Source: Chiloscyllium plagiosum (taxonomy: Eukaryota). Taken from it: 64,000 nucleotides of DNA. The notes under the pieces are model-generated. The model saw nothing but the letters and a program-made list of their open reading frames with translations, had not been told where the DNA came from and made no database searches. A program made the translations under genes and the position numbers. Shown in pieces: positions 52,696 to 64,000 of the stretch. How positions within the stretch are numbered: position 1 is the first letter of the stretch; each line of letters starts with the position of its first letter. The stretch lies in NCBI RefSeq assembly GCF_004010195.1, contig NC_057751.1, forward strand, positions 14,176,812-14,240,811, written 5' to 3'.

Positions 52696-54051
52696 GTATA
52701 AAGTAAACAAGAAATGTTGGCTTTACAGAAACATGGTATTGTACAGAGTGTTGCTGCAGTATTTACTTACAGTCAGCAATTTATCCTCGCCAGGAGAGAC
52801 TAAATCCTGATTGTGCAACTGGTGAGCATTGGTAGAGACCTAATCAACATTTTGGATGCTTCTGTTTCAGTTCTAGTTTTGCTTGTATCCATTTCCATTC
52901 TCGGGCACACTCCAAGATACGAGGACTTCTTCCGGGGTCCTCTGTCCTTGCCTTGGATCCTGGTTCCATAGCTTGTTGCACTCAGTACTCATTTTTACTG
53001 ACGCTCCAAGCCCCTTATCCAATTCTGTTCAGGGGCACCATTAATAAATGCCATTACTATGAATCTGTGCATCTGGGAAAAATCTTCCCAATCTCATCCC
53101 TTCACCTTAGTTAACAGTTTTCAGAGGCATTACTCAATTCCTTGTACTTCTTACGTGAGCTTCGATATTCCAAATCAATTCTGATTAAGCAGGTAAGCAA
53201 CAGGCTCAGTGATGGAGTGCTTTGTTCGTCGTGCACTGACCTGCTCACGAGTCTTGCCATTGTTGTGGGATTAGCAACTCGTGATGGCTTCACATAAGAA
53301 TCTTTTGCTTCAGCATGCAGCTGGAATGTGCAAACCTGAATGGAAAACGCATCACACATTCCATGGAAAAATGGGAAGAATGAAAAGTCCAATCATAGAA
53401 TCTGTCCTAATTGCATAGCAGTTCTGTTTGTTGAGGTGTGTTTTATATTTCTCAATTTACAATATATGTGTTTGTGACATATACCCAGCACCATATTGTT
53501 GACTTAATGCACCTGGTCCTTCCAGTACAGAACAACCCTTCAGTGTTGATTGCATCCCACTTAATGTGGACCATGTTACAAAATTGGAATGTTCTTTTTC
53601 CAGAATACTGCCGCCACCCAAGAGTGGGGCAGTGTTTTCCATGATTCAAACCAGCAACTCTCAAATTGTATTAATGCCTCAAATAAAAAGCTATGTCTTG
53701 AATATTTTCCAGCAAGAAAAAAACAAATTCATTTGTCAGAAAAGGTAATGAGCCAAGCACCATCAGCTTTTCACTTGCTCCATAAGAGTCATGTCTTCTT
53801 GAATGTTCTGGTATATTCGTGTAAAAGGGTAGCTTTATAAACATTCACCGAACATAAGATGCCTCTTTTCCAGCAGGTGGTGTACTATACCTTTCATTTT
53901 TGTGCCACTATTTGTGAATTATAAATTGATTCCTTGTTTTGTAACACTGATTTCTTAATGGCAAAATAAGTTGCGTTTTAGAAGCGGTTGGTTCAGTCTA
54001 CGAAAGTGCTTTTTGAATCATCAAACCTGAATACTTTGTCTCCTTCCACAG

Positions 54052-54368
54052 ATCAAAAGGTTCTCAGCCGTTTGACAAGGAGAGGCAAGGTCCTGGTCGG
54101 GGTCGTAAGCGCAAAATCTCAGCAGTCCCTTCGAAGCCGGGACGATTGGATGGACTGAGCTCCTTGAATTCGCGAACCACCAAATCCTCCCGCCTGAAAA
54201 TGAACAAGAAAACCAAAGGGCTCATTGATGGCCTTAGCAAATTCTTCACCCCTTCGCCCGATGGCCGCAAGCCACGGGGTGAACTCCTGGACTTAGCTGA
54301 GCAATACAGGCTTAAACGAAAGGGCCCACGAAAATCAAGCACTTCTGACAACAGCACATGGCCCACAG
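54052..54368 (+). CDS. KAT6A: KAT6A internal coding exon, short form (317 nt)
   Basis: Acceptor ttgtctccttccacag, proximal donor CAG|gtactg. SKG...[10 protein letters not shown]...[23 protein letters not shown]...[12 protein letters not shown]; joining to 60428 gives WPT-DNQD as in recalled KAT6A. Confidence 0.92.
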
Positions 54369-54911
54369 GTACTGCACTGACCTCATTAACCCCTGCATGC
54401 CCAGTATCACCTGACATGTCTGTACCAGCACGAAGGTGCCATTTAAGCAGCATCAAATCATCTCCCTGTACTAGCCGTTTTGATAACGTCAGTAAGCAGG
54501 CATTCACTGGCCATTTAAATGTATGCAGAATGCCCAGGTTAAGAAAGGAGCCAACTGACATTGCTTCCTCTCTGTATACTCCCAAACCCTCTGATGAAGC
54601 AGACACTGAATTAACTCCTCCTTGTCTTACACCTTGTGAACCTTGCCCTACTTCCATTGATAAATCTGCTCTCCCAAGCGATTGGGACAGTAGCAAGAAA
54701 AACAATTCCACTTTGCAAATCTCACCATACCTACGACTGAGTACATCCGTAGACACGGCTGCTAAACTGCACTCTCATTATTTCCTGCCATTTTCTGTGA
54801 GAGAGAAAGCAATAAGGGGCAGCCGGTGTAAAATGAGACATGGAAAGACGATCCTTTGGCACGGGAAAGGGAACGTGGAATTAGGAAGGAATAAAAGTGC
54901 CGAGGACAAGG
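54369..54911 (+). CDS. KAT6A: Putative alternative in-frame extension of the preceding KAT6A exon (543 nt, 181 aa, Ser/Pro/Thr-rich) via a distal 5' splice site
   Basis: Frame stays open past the proximal donor to AAGG|gtaaga (GT at 54912-54913), same phase 1 as the proximal donor; the first stop comes just after it (54920-54922). Confidence 0.7.
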
Positions 54912-57776
54912 GTAAGAAGTAAATGCCATGCCATCATGCATCGCTAGCACTAGAAGTTGGCTTTTTATTGCGCTTTTTTTGGGATGCTTCAGTCAGTTGC
55001 TGTTGACTTTTGGGAGGGAGGGTTGGACTTATGCCATGAAAGTAGCTCTGCACATTCTCATTTCGTGAAAAAGCACAGTAGGTCCAGTAGAATCTCAAAA
55101 GCGAAAAGGCAGATTGATATTTTTGGTAGAGACGTTTATTCACAATATTTTACTTGTCAAATGCTCAAATGTAATCTGCTCTTTATTTTCTATTTTCCTG
55201 ACTTAATTCCAAATCTCTCATCTTCATGTAATGATTAAAGTTAATGAATTGGCCAGAATATGGATGTCTTGGAAAAGAGGTGGAATTGCAACCCAGAGCG
55301 GCTGACTTGCATTGCTTTTCTCCGGCTAGATTGGAAATAAGCGGCGGCACACAAATGTTGCAAGTGAACAAGTGCAGTGTCACCGCTGTTGGGCATATCT
55401 TTCATGGCATGAGAGGAACATCCATTTGAAATGGAAAATATTCCTCAAGGTCGAGTTGGCTGAGAAAATCTTGTCACGTGCAGATTGATACGGCCAGATC
55501 ACTTGCAGAGTATTTTCCTAATTGTGTAGAATTGCATCGTGTTGCCTGTTGCTTTTTATTATTCAAAGCATTTCCACTCACTAGGATTTGTAGGGCTAGA
55601 ATAAAGCTGGAACTCTTTATTGTGTTAGAGACACACAAGCGCTCTTGTAACTTAAAGATGAGAAATTGGACCTTCTGATGTTCACTCTGCTATTCACTCA
55701 GCTCATGACCAGTCTCCTGCCTCATCTCTATCTTTTCTGTACTTACATCAATGTAATTTTATCCATTTCATTTTCTAAAGTTCCAATCTCTGATTTGAAC
55801 ATACACAGTGACCAAATGTCAACAGCTCTCAAGGATAGATCTCTCTTTTCCCCTCTTCACTACCCACATCCTCCTCTTCTCCCTTTTGTGAAAAAAAAAC
55901 TCCTTTTCATAATAGAATCTTCTGCCAAACTCCTTTTTCTGAAAAAAAACAATGTTAGTGAGATTTCCCCTCTCCTCTGAACTCGCAGGAATGTAGATTT
56001 ATTCTGAAAATGAAAATATTGGAACTCCCTTCCTACCTGCATGAAGCAGTGTTGAACCCATTAGGCCAACACTGAGCGCATGGCAGTTGTAACTTCGCTC
56101 CGACCCTAAGCAATTGCAGCAAGATTTCTTTCCTTGTATAAGCTAGGCACTTAGCAAGAAAGGTTCATGTCGTATTTACTTAGCAAATTGCTTGCTGTGT
56201 CTCCAGACGATTTTTCTTGAATTCATATACAAGGACACCTAGATGTCTCTAAGTACCAGCATTGATTTCCCAATCTGTCAACAGTATTCTGCGTTTCTAT
56301 TTTTTTTCTCTATCAAAGTGGCGAACTTCAGATTTCTTCAAGTTAGATGCCAGCTGCCACAATCTTGCCCATTGACTTTCATTGACCTGAATTCCTCTAC
56401 AGGTTCTTTTGCGTTCTCCTCAAGCTTGCTTTCCCACTGAAATTTGTATCGTCTGCCATCTTCAGAAGGTTACTCTGTCTCCTCTACTAAGTCTTGTTGT
56501 CACCACTAACTAGCTGAGGCTGAAGTGTTGATGCTTATGGCAGCCTGTCAATCCCAATATGACCCAGTTATTCTGGCTGTTGTTTTCTGTCCATTAGCTA
56601 CTCCTCAATCCATGATTAATATTATACTTGTAAATCTGATTGACCCAAATACCACCATGTACCACCTTGTTGAAGAGTTATTCAAAGTCCTACTTTATGA
56701 CTCTAGATTCATTCTATTCCCATTTACTGTTAATTCCTACCCATTTTGTAATGCTCATCCTCAAGAGGCATGTTCCATCCTTGATTTGAGGCACTGATGT
56801 AGAAAACCATCTTGATTGCATTCTGTGATCAGCACGTCCATACTCTCGTTGGAAATGTTGTTTGGCGGAATTATTCAAGTCTGACAGAGTGTGTTTATCC
56901 TTGCGACAGATACCTGTGACTTTCTGACCATTACCTTGCTCAACACTGCAACAGTTGTTTTGGGGCCCACAATTATTTATTGCCTTTTAGTGATTTCTCC
57001 TGCTATCCCAATTCATTGTACTACTTGATTTTCTGAACTAAGTTTCTTTCTGTTGACGATCTTTATCCTATTTATGTCCATTTAGCACGTCTTTTAAAAA
57101 TCCAATGACCTGAAGTATTTAATGCTTGTTCTTGGTCATTCAGCACCCATATTTCTGTGATGGTTGATGGATCAAATCAATTTGTTTTTCTCTATGCTAT
57201 TCATCTGTTTTGGAAGCTTTTGTGCCCATGAATGTAATGCCTTAACTAGCATTTATTTCTGTTTTTCCATGGTGCCATCCTAGTCATGAGCACCCCTGTT
57301 TCTTTCCTCATCTTTTCGTCCACATGTAACGCATTTTGTGTACCTTTACCCAAATAGCTGTCTTATTGTTCTTATGCTGTTGGAATTACCCACAAGCCCA
57401 TTCAATACTTTCAAGTCCTAGTTCATTTGTTGCCAGGATACGAATCCCAGCTGGGTTAAGAAAGTCTTTCACAACAGAACAGCTCCCTTTTTCTTGCCTA
57501 CTGATGTCATTACCCCCAAATCAAAGTCCCTGCCTACCACACCATTTCTTCAGCGTTACATTTAACCTTGTCATCTGGTTGACCAAATGTCCGTTCTCAC
57601 ATGGATCAGAGATTATTGCCATCATGTTTCTGAATGTTAATCTTAGCCCTGGCTCTTCAACTTGTTCAGGAGAATCTCCTCCTTAGCCTTTTATTCTTAA
57701 TTTCTCAACGGATTGCAATAACTGGATCATTGGACTTGTCAAAGTTACACTCCAGCCGTGCGAGATGTACTTAAGT

Positions 57777-58369
57777 TTAGATTAGAGTGGTGCTGGAAAA
57801 GCACAGCAGTTCAGACAGCATCCGAGGAGCAGTAAAATCGACGTTTCGGGCAAAAGTCCTTCATCAGGAATACGGGCAGAGTGCCTGAAGGGTGGAAGAT
57901 ACATGAGAGGAGGGTAGGGGTGGGGAAAAAGTAGCATAGAGTACAATAGGTGAGTGGGGGAGGGGATGAAGGTGTTAGGTCAGGGGGGACGGTGGAGTGG
58001 TTAGGTGGAAAAGGAAGATAGGCAGGTAGGACAAGTCATGGAGCTGGAAGGCTGGAGCTGGGGTGAGGTTGGGGAAGGGGAAATGAGGAAACTATTGAAG
58101 TCCACATTCATGCCCTGGGGTTGAAGTGTTCCGAGGCGGAAGATGAGGCGTTCTTCCTCCAGGCGTCGGGTGGTGAGGGAGCGGCGGTGAAGGAGGCCCA
58201 GGACCTCTATGTCCTTGGCTGAGTGGGAGGGGGAGTTGGAATGTTGGGCCACGGGGCGGTGTGGTTGATTGGTGTGGGTGTCCCGGAGATGTCCCCTAAA
58301 GCGCTCTGCTAGGAGGCATCCAGTCTCCCCAATATAGAGGAGACCGCATCGGGAGCAATGGATGCAATA
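57777..58369 (-). mobile_element. Penelope-like element 3' fragment: GIY-YIG endonuclease plus pLTR
   Basis: YCIHCSRCGLLYIGETG..LAERFRGH...PVAQH...RRLEEERLIFRLGTLQPQGMN (ORF 58001-58411); hammerhead core on the minus strand at 57840-57867. Confidence 0.9.
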
Positions 58370-60427
58370 AGCCTTGGGCCAAGGAAGCTGCACTGCCTTT
58401 GGAATTTCCAATCATGGCTATTGACTGTTTAATTGTCCTGTCCCACATGATGACGATATCCCTTTTGACTCAACCATCTTTCAAGTCCTCCCATACCATG
58501 GCATGATGATCCCTTATCAGAGTATCTAAGTAACACTTTGTCTGCCTATGCCAGTTTTACAGCTGTGCGCTGACATTTCTGAAAAAGCGTATAACGCAGG
58601 TGTGCCTATCTGGGAATGTAATGCTCTCCACAACTTCCAGTTTCAATTGTAACATATCACCTCAGTTGCTTCCCACTTGTTTTTATTTGTTCATTTGGTC
58701 ACTGTATATGTATCTCATTCTTTTATTTGATGCTTTAGTTCTTAGTTTTTAAAACTCATTTCTTGATCATTTCTTTATCCATAAGCATACTTCCTTGATT
58801 TCTGCCTTCTGATATGATGTCGCTTAGTGTTATTTTCTCCCGATGCAGTTTGTATCTCTCGCCTTCTGTTGCATATATGTTTCAATATTTGGGACTGCTG
58901 TTAGTGGCCCCCACACTCCCTAGTTCTACTACTTTTCTGTTGCTTCTTTGTAAATACCCGGCATTGTTTGGATTGCTCCTCATTCTGTCATGCCGAAATA
59001 CTTGGGGTCACTCTGGGTGCACCTGACTGTTCTGCTGTGTTTCCCATGAAATACGTGGGGGTTTCTCCCTCATTTATTGTTGCCTCACCTTTATGTTGCT
59101 GCTTTACCATCCGTCACTTGAGCTTCTCAGTTACTTGTCCGTGCTTTCTCTTAAACTAGAAAGAGCAGCTTTTCGAGAAGAAGATTTTTTTTTCTAAACT
59201 ATTGCTGTCCTCTCCCCATTTCCTCTTCCGATACAGAACTACTTCAGTGCTCAGATGATCTGAGTTAGCCCTTATCAGAAGGATTGGTCTGTGGAGTTTA
59301 AATATCCTTTTACCTACCTTGGGTAGTGGAGAAGTGAGGGTACTGAGTTTCCTGTCCAAAAATTAAAGATTTGTCACTTTGTTGAGTAGTATGCTGCCAT
59401 ACCACATTATGCGATGCTGCAAGCCTCGTTTGCTCATATAAAAATTTTGATTTGGTATTTTGCTTTGGTTAAGTGTAGAAGTGATTACGAAGTTGCATCC
59501 ATTTTCAAACAGCAAGTTCTGAACTGTGCAAGAGGACCACGATTCTCACAACTAAATTAGTATTTCGTTGTAACTTTTGTCCTTGGTTATGTACCCATGA
59601 GCATATTTAATTGAAGCTGCTACTGCCTTCTGCTTTGTCTGGTGTGTAATATTTGCTGCCCTGTTTGTTTATATTGTTTTTATTTTCTAGTCTACATCGA
59701 CTGTATTCGGCCATTCTTTTTTTGTTCCCCCCCCCCCCGTACCAGTGATACCGGCTTGTGTCTTTTCAGTGATTATACTTTGCCATCCTTGTTAGTGGTG
59801 AGTTCCTGATCTTAGCTGTGCAGATGCAGGGTGCTCCAAACAGAGTTGAGGTACTTCCCCACTGAAAGAAACCGGTAAATGAAAGTGCTCCTGTTCTACC
59901 TGCAAGAGTCAGAGCACTCACTGGCAGAGTCTTGAGGTTAGTTTGCCTCACCCTGTTGTTTGGGAAGTGGAGGAAATCCACCTCAGCAAGCTGACCGTTA
60001 GCACTTGAACTCTGAAACTTATTTGGTGTTTGGAGTTGAATCTTCAACTGCACAAACAGCACTTGAATATAGGATATTGTTGCACCCTCTTCGGGCTGTG
60101 GAGTTTTCAGTTGGAGCTGACTTGCTGCTGTAATGGAAAAGAAAACATGAACCTCCAAGTGGAGCAACAGAAAAAAAGAGAATTTCTGAATCGAAAGTAA
60201 TCAGCAACCAGGACAGTGTAACGAATAGTTATCCCTTAAATGGCTTGCTATGTTTTTTTAGATTTGTAGACATCAATGCTGCTGCTTTGCTCCATACACA
60301 TTTTGCAGCTGTCCAAATACAGGTTTTCAGTTGTCTAAGACTGCTTCCCCACAAGCCAAGGATTCTTGTAGGTGGGTATACCAGAGTAAATTCCTTCCAC
60401 TAATATCAGGTTTTTCTAAATCTGCAG

Positions 60428-60546
60428 ACAATCAGGACTCGTGGAGCTGCAAACGTGAAATTGAGGATGACCAATCGCTGAACAAGGACATTGTGACTGA
60501 GAAAGACTTGGACCTTTTTCAACACGTTCAGGAGCTTGCATTGGAG
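60428..60546 (+). CDS. KAT6A: KAT6A internal coding exon (119 nt), linker before the MYST domain
   Basis: Acceptor tttttctaaatctgcag, donor GAG|gtaaga. (D)NQDSWSCKREIEDDQSLNKDIVTEKDLDLFQHVQELALE. Confidence 0.92.
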
Positions 60547-62027
60547 GTAAGATGAAGCACAGCAATATTTTGGTGAACATTGGCTTGAAATTTACTGACT
60601 CGAGGATCAGAGATAAGGTAGATATTTTTGAGATTTGCAGGAAATAAAAATGTGATAAGCTGATAAGAGTGAAGACACTTGGACTGAAATTTTCTTTCGC
60701 AGTTTTGTAAAATAAAATCATTGGGGTTATTTGCAAAATGTGAGAGAATAAATTGGCATCAGATGTATTAGAATATTCTCCATGATAGAATGTCGAAGTA
60801 TGAAGGACTTGAATCCAAAGCTCCAAGTGCAACACACAATTGGATGTGGAGAGAAAATGTGTGCGGCCAGCTGACTGTATCACAAAGTACCATGTTGGTT
60901 GGTCACTGGCTATTAAATGGTTGAGAAAACAGAGTTACTACACTGCAAGCAGTGGGAATTTTGAGCTGAACAGTGCAATTCCAGGTCCAGCTACATTATA
61001 TTGGTAACCCAAATGTAGTTTTGTATAGACAAGAAGAAATCTCAGCAATAGTGAGTTGGCTAAAAAATGTACATGAGGATGTGACTTAAACACTGCTTGC
61101 CTGAATGTGGTGGTTTGTTTGCTAATGTGCATCATTCATTGCAGCCAAAGTGTTAACATGCCCCACTTCTTCCTGTTGATTATCCAAATAGATTATACAG
61201 AGGGTGTTATAAGCTCTGAGTTCTGAATTATTCTGAAATTCTTTTGTACTTGTTAATGTCCATCAGTAAAGAAGTATGAGCAGATTTTTCGAGGCAAAAT
61301 TTGAGTTTCCTTGTAACCTTCAAAGGAGATGTCGTGTTGAGTAAAAGGTATCTCTGTGCTGGTGTGACTGACCTGATTGTAGTCGAAAGTTCAGGTTGTT
61401 ATTGGGTTCCTATTCACATGCAAGTTTAGAAGTGGATAGCAAGGGGCAGATCGTGTACAACATAGGTCAGAAACCACAGAATCTTCTTTCACTGTTCCCT
61501 TGGTTCCGCAAATCAGGACAAAACTGAGAACTTCTTTCTGAAAGGTGGTTCTTTGTAACTCATCCAGTTGTGGCTTTTTCAGAATTTGTTGTTCACTGTT
61601 CAGATCCTTTCTTGAGTTACTGTTTCAGCTTTAGCTGTTTTGTCTTGCCCCGTTTTTCAACTACCACGGGTCTCATTGTGTGGAAGTGTTCAAGTGAAGG
61701 AGAGGAGCAGTTCATTTTTTTTTTGAGAAAGCTGTCAAGTATGATTATCTGTCAAACTCAGTTTGCAGTTATTGACTGTGAATTGCTTGACCCAAATGCA
61801 ATGATCTTTGTGCTAGAGAATAAACAAAACAGCTGGATCGGTGAAGTGAATACACCTTCACATTCAGTTGTACTTGTTCTCTGTATAGTTGGAGCTGATA
61901 ATGATGAGAGAGCGCATATTTCTACATTTGCCAAGTGTCGTTTCGCTGATGTTTTACCCAATGAACATTGGACGAGATGCACTTACATTGAACCTTCAAT
62001 GTAAATCATGAAAGCAAATCATGATTC

Positions 62028-62232
62028 GGGCGGCATGGTGGCACAGTGGTTAGCACTGCTGCTTCACAGCGCCAGAGACCCGGGTTCAATTCCCGACTCA
62101 GGCGACTGACTGTGTGGAGTTTGCATGTTCTCCCCGTGTCTGCGTGGGTTTCCTCCGGGTGCTCCGGTTTCCTCCCAAAGTGTGGACTTGTTGGGCCGAA
62201 GGGCCTGTTTCCACACTGTAAGTAATCTAATC
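62028..62232 (+). mobile_element. HE1-like V-SINE with internal deletion
   Basis: Head and V-domain fused directly to the tail (ctcccaaa|gtgtggac); about 110 nt missing relative to 44572-44890. Confidence 0.88.
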
Positions 62233-64000
62233 GCAGGATTGTAATCAGACAAAATAATGGATTGCAAACTAAAAATAAGAGGCTGTTTAAACCAAAAGTA
62301 TGGGTAAAGAGGTGGGCTTTGGTGGGGTGGGTGTGTGCGCTGTACCAAAATAAGATCCGAGCTTAAGGGCCTACACACTTGAAGGTATGATTGTTGTTTG
62401 GAGTGAAGAAAGGAGAAGATGCAGAAGAACTTGCAACAACAACTTTAACATAATCAGATGTCCCAAGGTACTTCAGTTCATGACACCCAGCCATACAAGG
62501 ATGTGTTGGATCAGCCAAGTAGGTGAATGTTAAGAAATATTGGAAATCTGGAAGGAGAGGCAGAAAGTTGTAGGGGGTGTATTCCAGAGTGTATGTTCCA
62601 GGCATTTTAATGACCACTGGTCGAATGATCAATTTTAGGACGAATATCCCTTGTGGGCTAATGTTCTGCCAAGGCAACCTCCCAAGATCTGCGCAGACAG
62701 CTACTTCTGCAAGTGGAAGCCAATGCATTGTCACCCCAATTGGCATGTGCAGAACATGGCAGCATCAATGTAATGGAAGGAACATTGTTTGGGGCTGCAC
62801 AACAGGTCAGGATTAGAGAATGCTGCAACGTTTCTTCTGTGCTGAACTACCACACACCGATTGGCATCTGGATGCTGATGCTGCACGTCTGTCTCAGAAT
62901 TCTGAGCACCGAAGACAAGTTAGAGGGAGTATTGTTGTGTTTACGGATCACGGGAGGGCCAAGCTCATGGAGGGATTTGGAAACATCTGAGAGAGCATGG
63001 ATTACAATTTTAAAATGAAAACCTTACTTGACTGTGAGCCAATGTCGATTAACTCTTGTCTGTGGCATTGGGGTATGGGAATTGGTACAAGGTAAGGCAT
63101 AGGCAGCAGCTCCATTGCCCACTTCATATCAATGCCCTAACCCTGTCTTCAACGAGTTGTTCTGTTCAACTATATTAGGCACAGACGTGCATGAGTGCAC
63201 GCACACGCACGCACACACCTCCCTCCCACCCTCCTCCCCCCACCCCCCCCATGTAAATGTACTTTCTTTGTTGACCTCTTTCCTTTTGTCTGCAGCTCTC
63301 TTTTATCTCTGGTCTTGCAGCTCCCATATGTTCACTTCATTCCTGTTACTGCTACTTTCAGATTGAGGGGCAGCAGGCCACATAGATCAGTATTTCTTCT
63401 TAGCCATGAAGAAAGAGACTCATTCCCTTTACCATTGACAGAGACTCTTGAACGTCATCTTGAAACATGCTGAAAACGTACAAGAGATTCTCGAGACGTG
63501 AATGATATTATGAACATTGCTTAATATGCTACGTCTGGTTTAAGTTCACCGCAATTAGATTTGTCAAGTCTCAGGGAAACAAAGGCTATGTGAGGATTTC
63601 ATGGCAGATGAGTTGAAACTAGTGAGGTTGGCCTATGTTATGGAAGTTGAAATAAGCCATGGTAGTGATAGGATGAACATGAACAAGGAAGCTCATCTCA
63701 GTGTCCATTTTGATAAAGTACTTGTGAAGGGATTGGCTTCATATCAGGTGATTGTAGGGAGAGGAATGGGGTCAGCAGTTGGAGGTCGAATTTAGAAAAT
63801 GGCGAGTGAAAATAATAGCTCCAGAATTCTCAATAATGTACTGGAATGAAATTGCTACTCATCTAGTCCTGAATGTCACAGAAGCAGTCTGTTAATGAAA
63901 CAACAACGGATGGGTCTCGAGAGCTGTTGGCAAGGTAGAGTTGGGTGTCAGCAATGTAAATGTGAAAGCTAATGCTGTGCCTTTTAGATGATGCCACCAA

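Noticed and set aside
54064..54756. 230-aa minus-strand ORF
   Set aside because: Antisense shadow of the KAT6A exon and its extension; no recognisable domain.
60547..64000. Next KAT6A exon (start of MYST domain, IEFGKYEI..WYSSPYP)
   Set aside because: Motif not found; presumably beyond the window end.

Overview
Eukaryotic, repeat-rich genomic DNA, almost certainly from a cartilaginous fish (HE1-like V-SINEs, abundant CR1 LINEs and Penelope-type repeats typical of sharks). The whole window lies inside one + strand gene, the MYST histone acetyltransferase KAT6A (MOZ). Six internal coding exons are visible (25257-25365, 29214-29329, 41631-41712, 45189-45321, 54052-54368, 60428-60546). They join in frame through GT-AG introns and encode the double PHD finger and the linker leading towards the MYST domain. 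The N-terminal and MYST/C-terminal exons are outside the window. Introns hold CR1 and related LINEs, SINEs, Penelope-like remnants with hammerhead-ribozyme cores, a 5S-derived sequence and a degenerate Gmr1-type Gypsy element. Two observations stand out. (1) The Gypsy element (34878-39750) has inverted rather than direct LTRs. It is bounded by a 4-bp target duplication inside a split CR1, and its second LTR carries exactly an 18-nt tRNA-Pro PBS fused into the start of RT, which looks like an integrated aberrant reverse-transcription product. (2) The fifth visible exon has a 543-nt in-frame extension ending at a second, phase-matched splice donor, resembling the long alternative exon known from the paralog KAT6B. 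Repeat boundaries are approximate unless a TSD is given. Comparisons to human proteins and repeat consensus sequences are from recall, not database searches.
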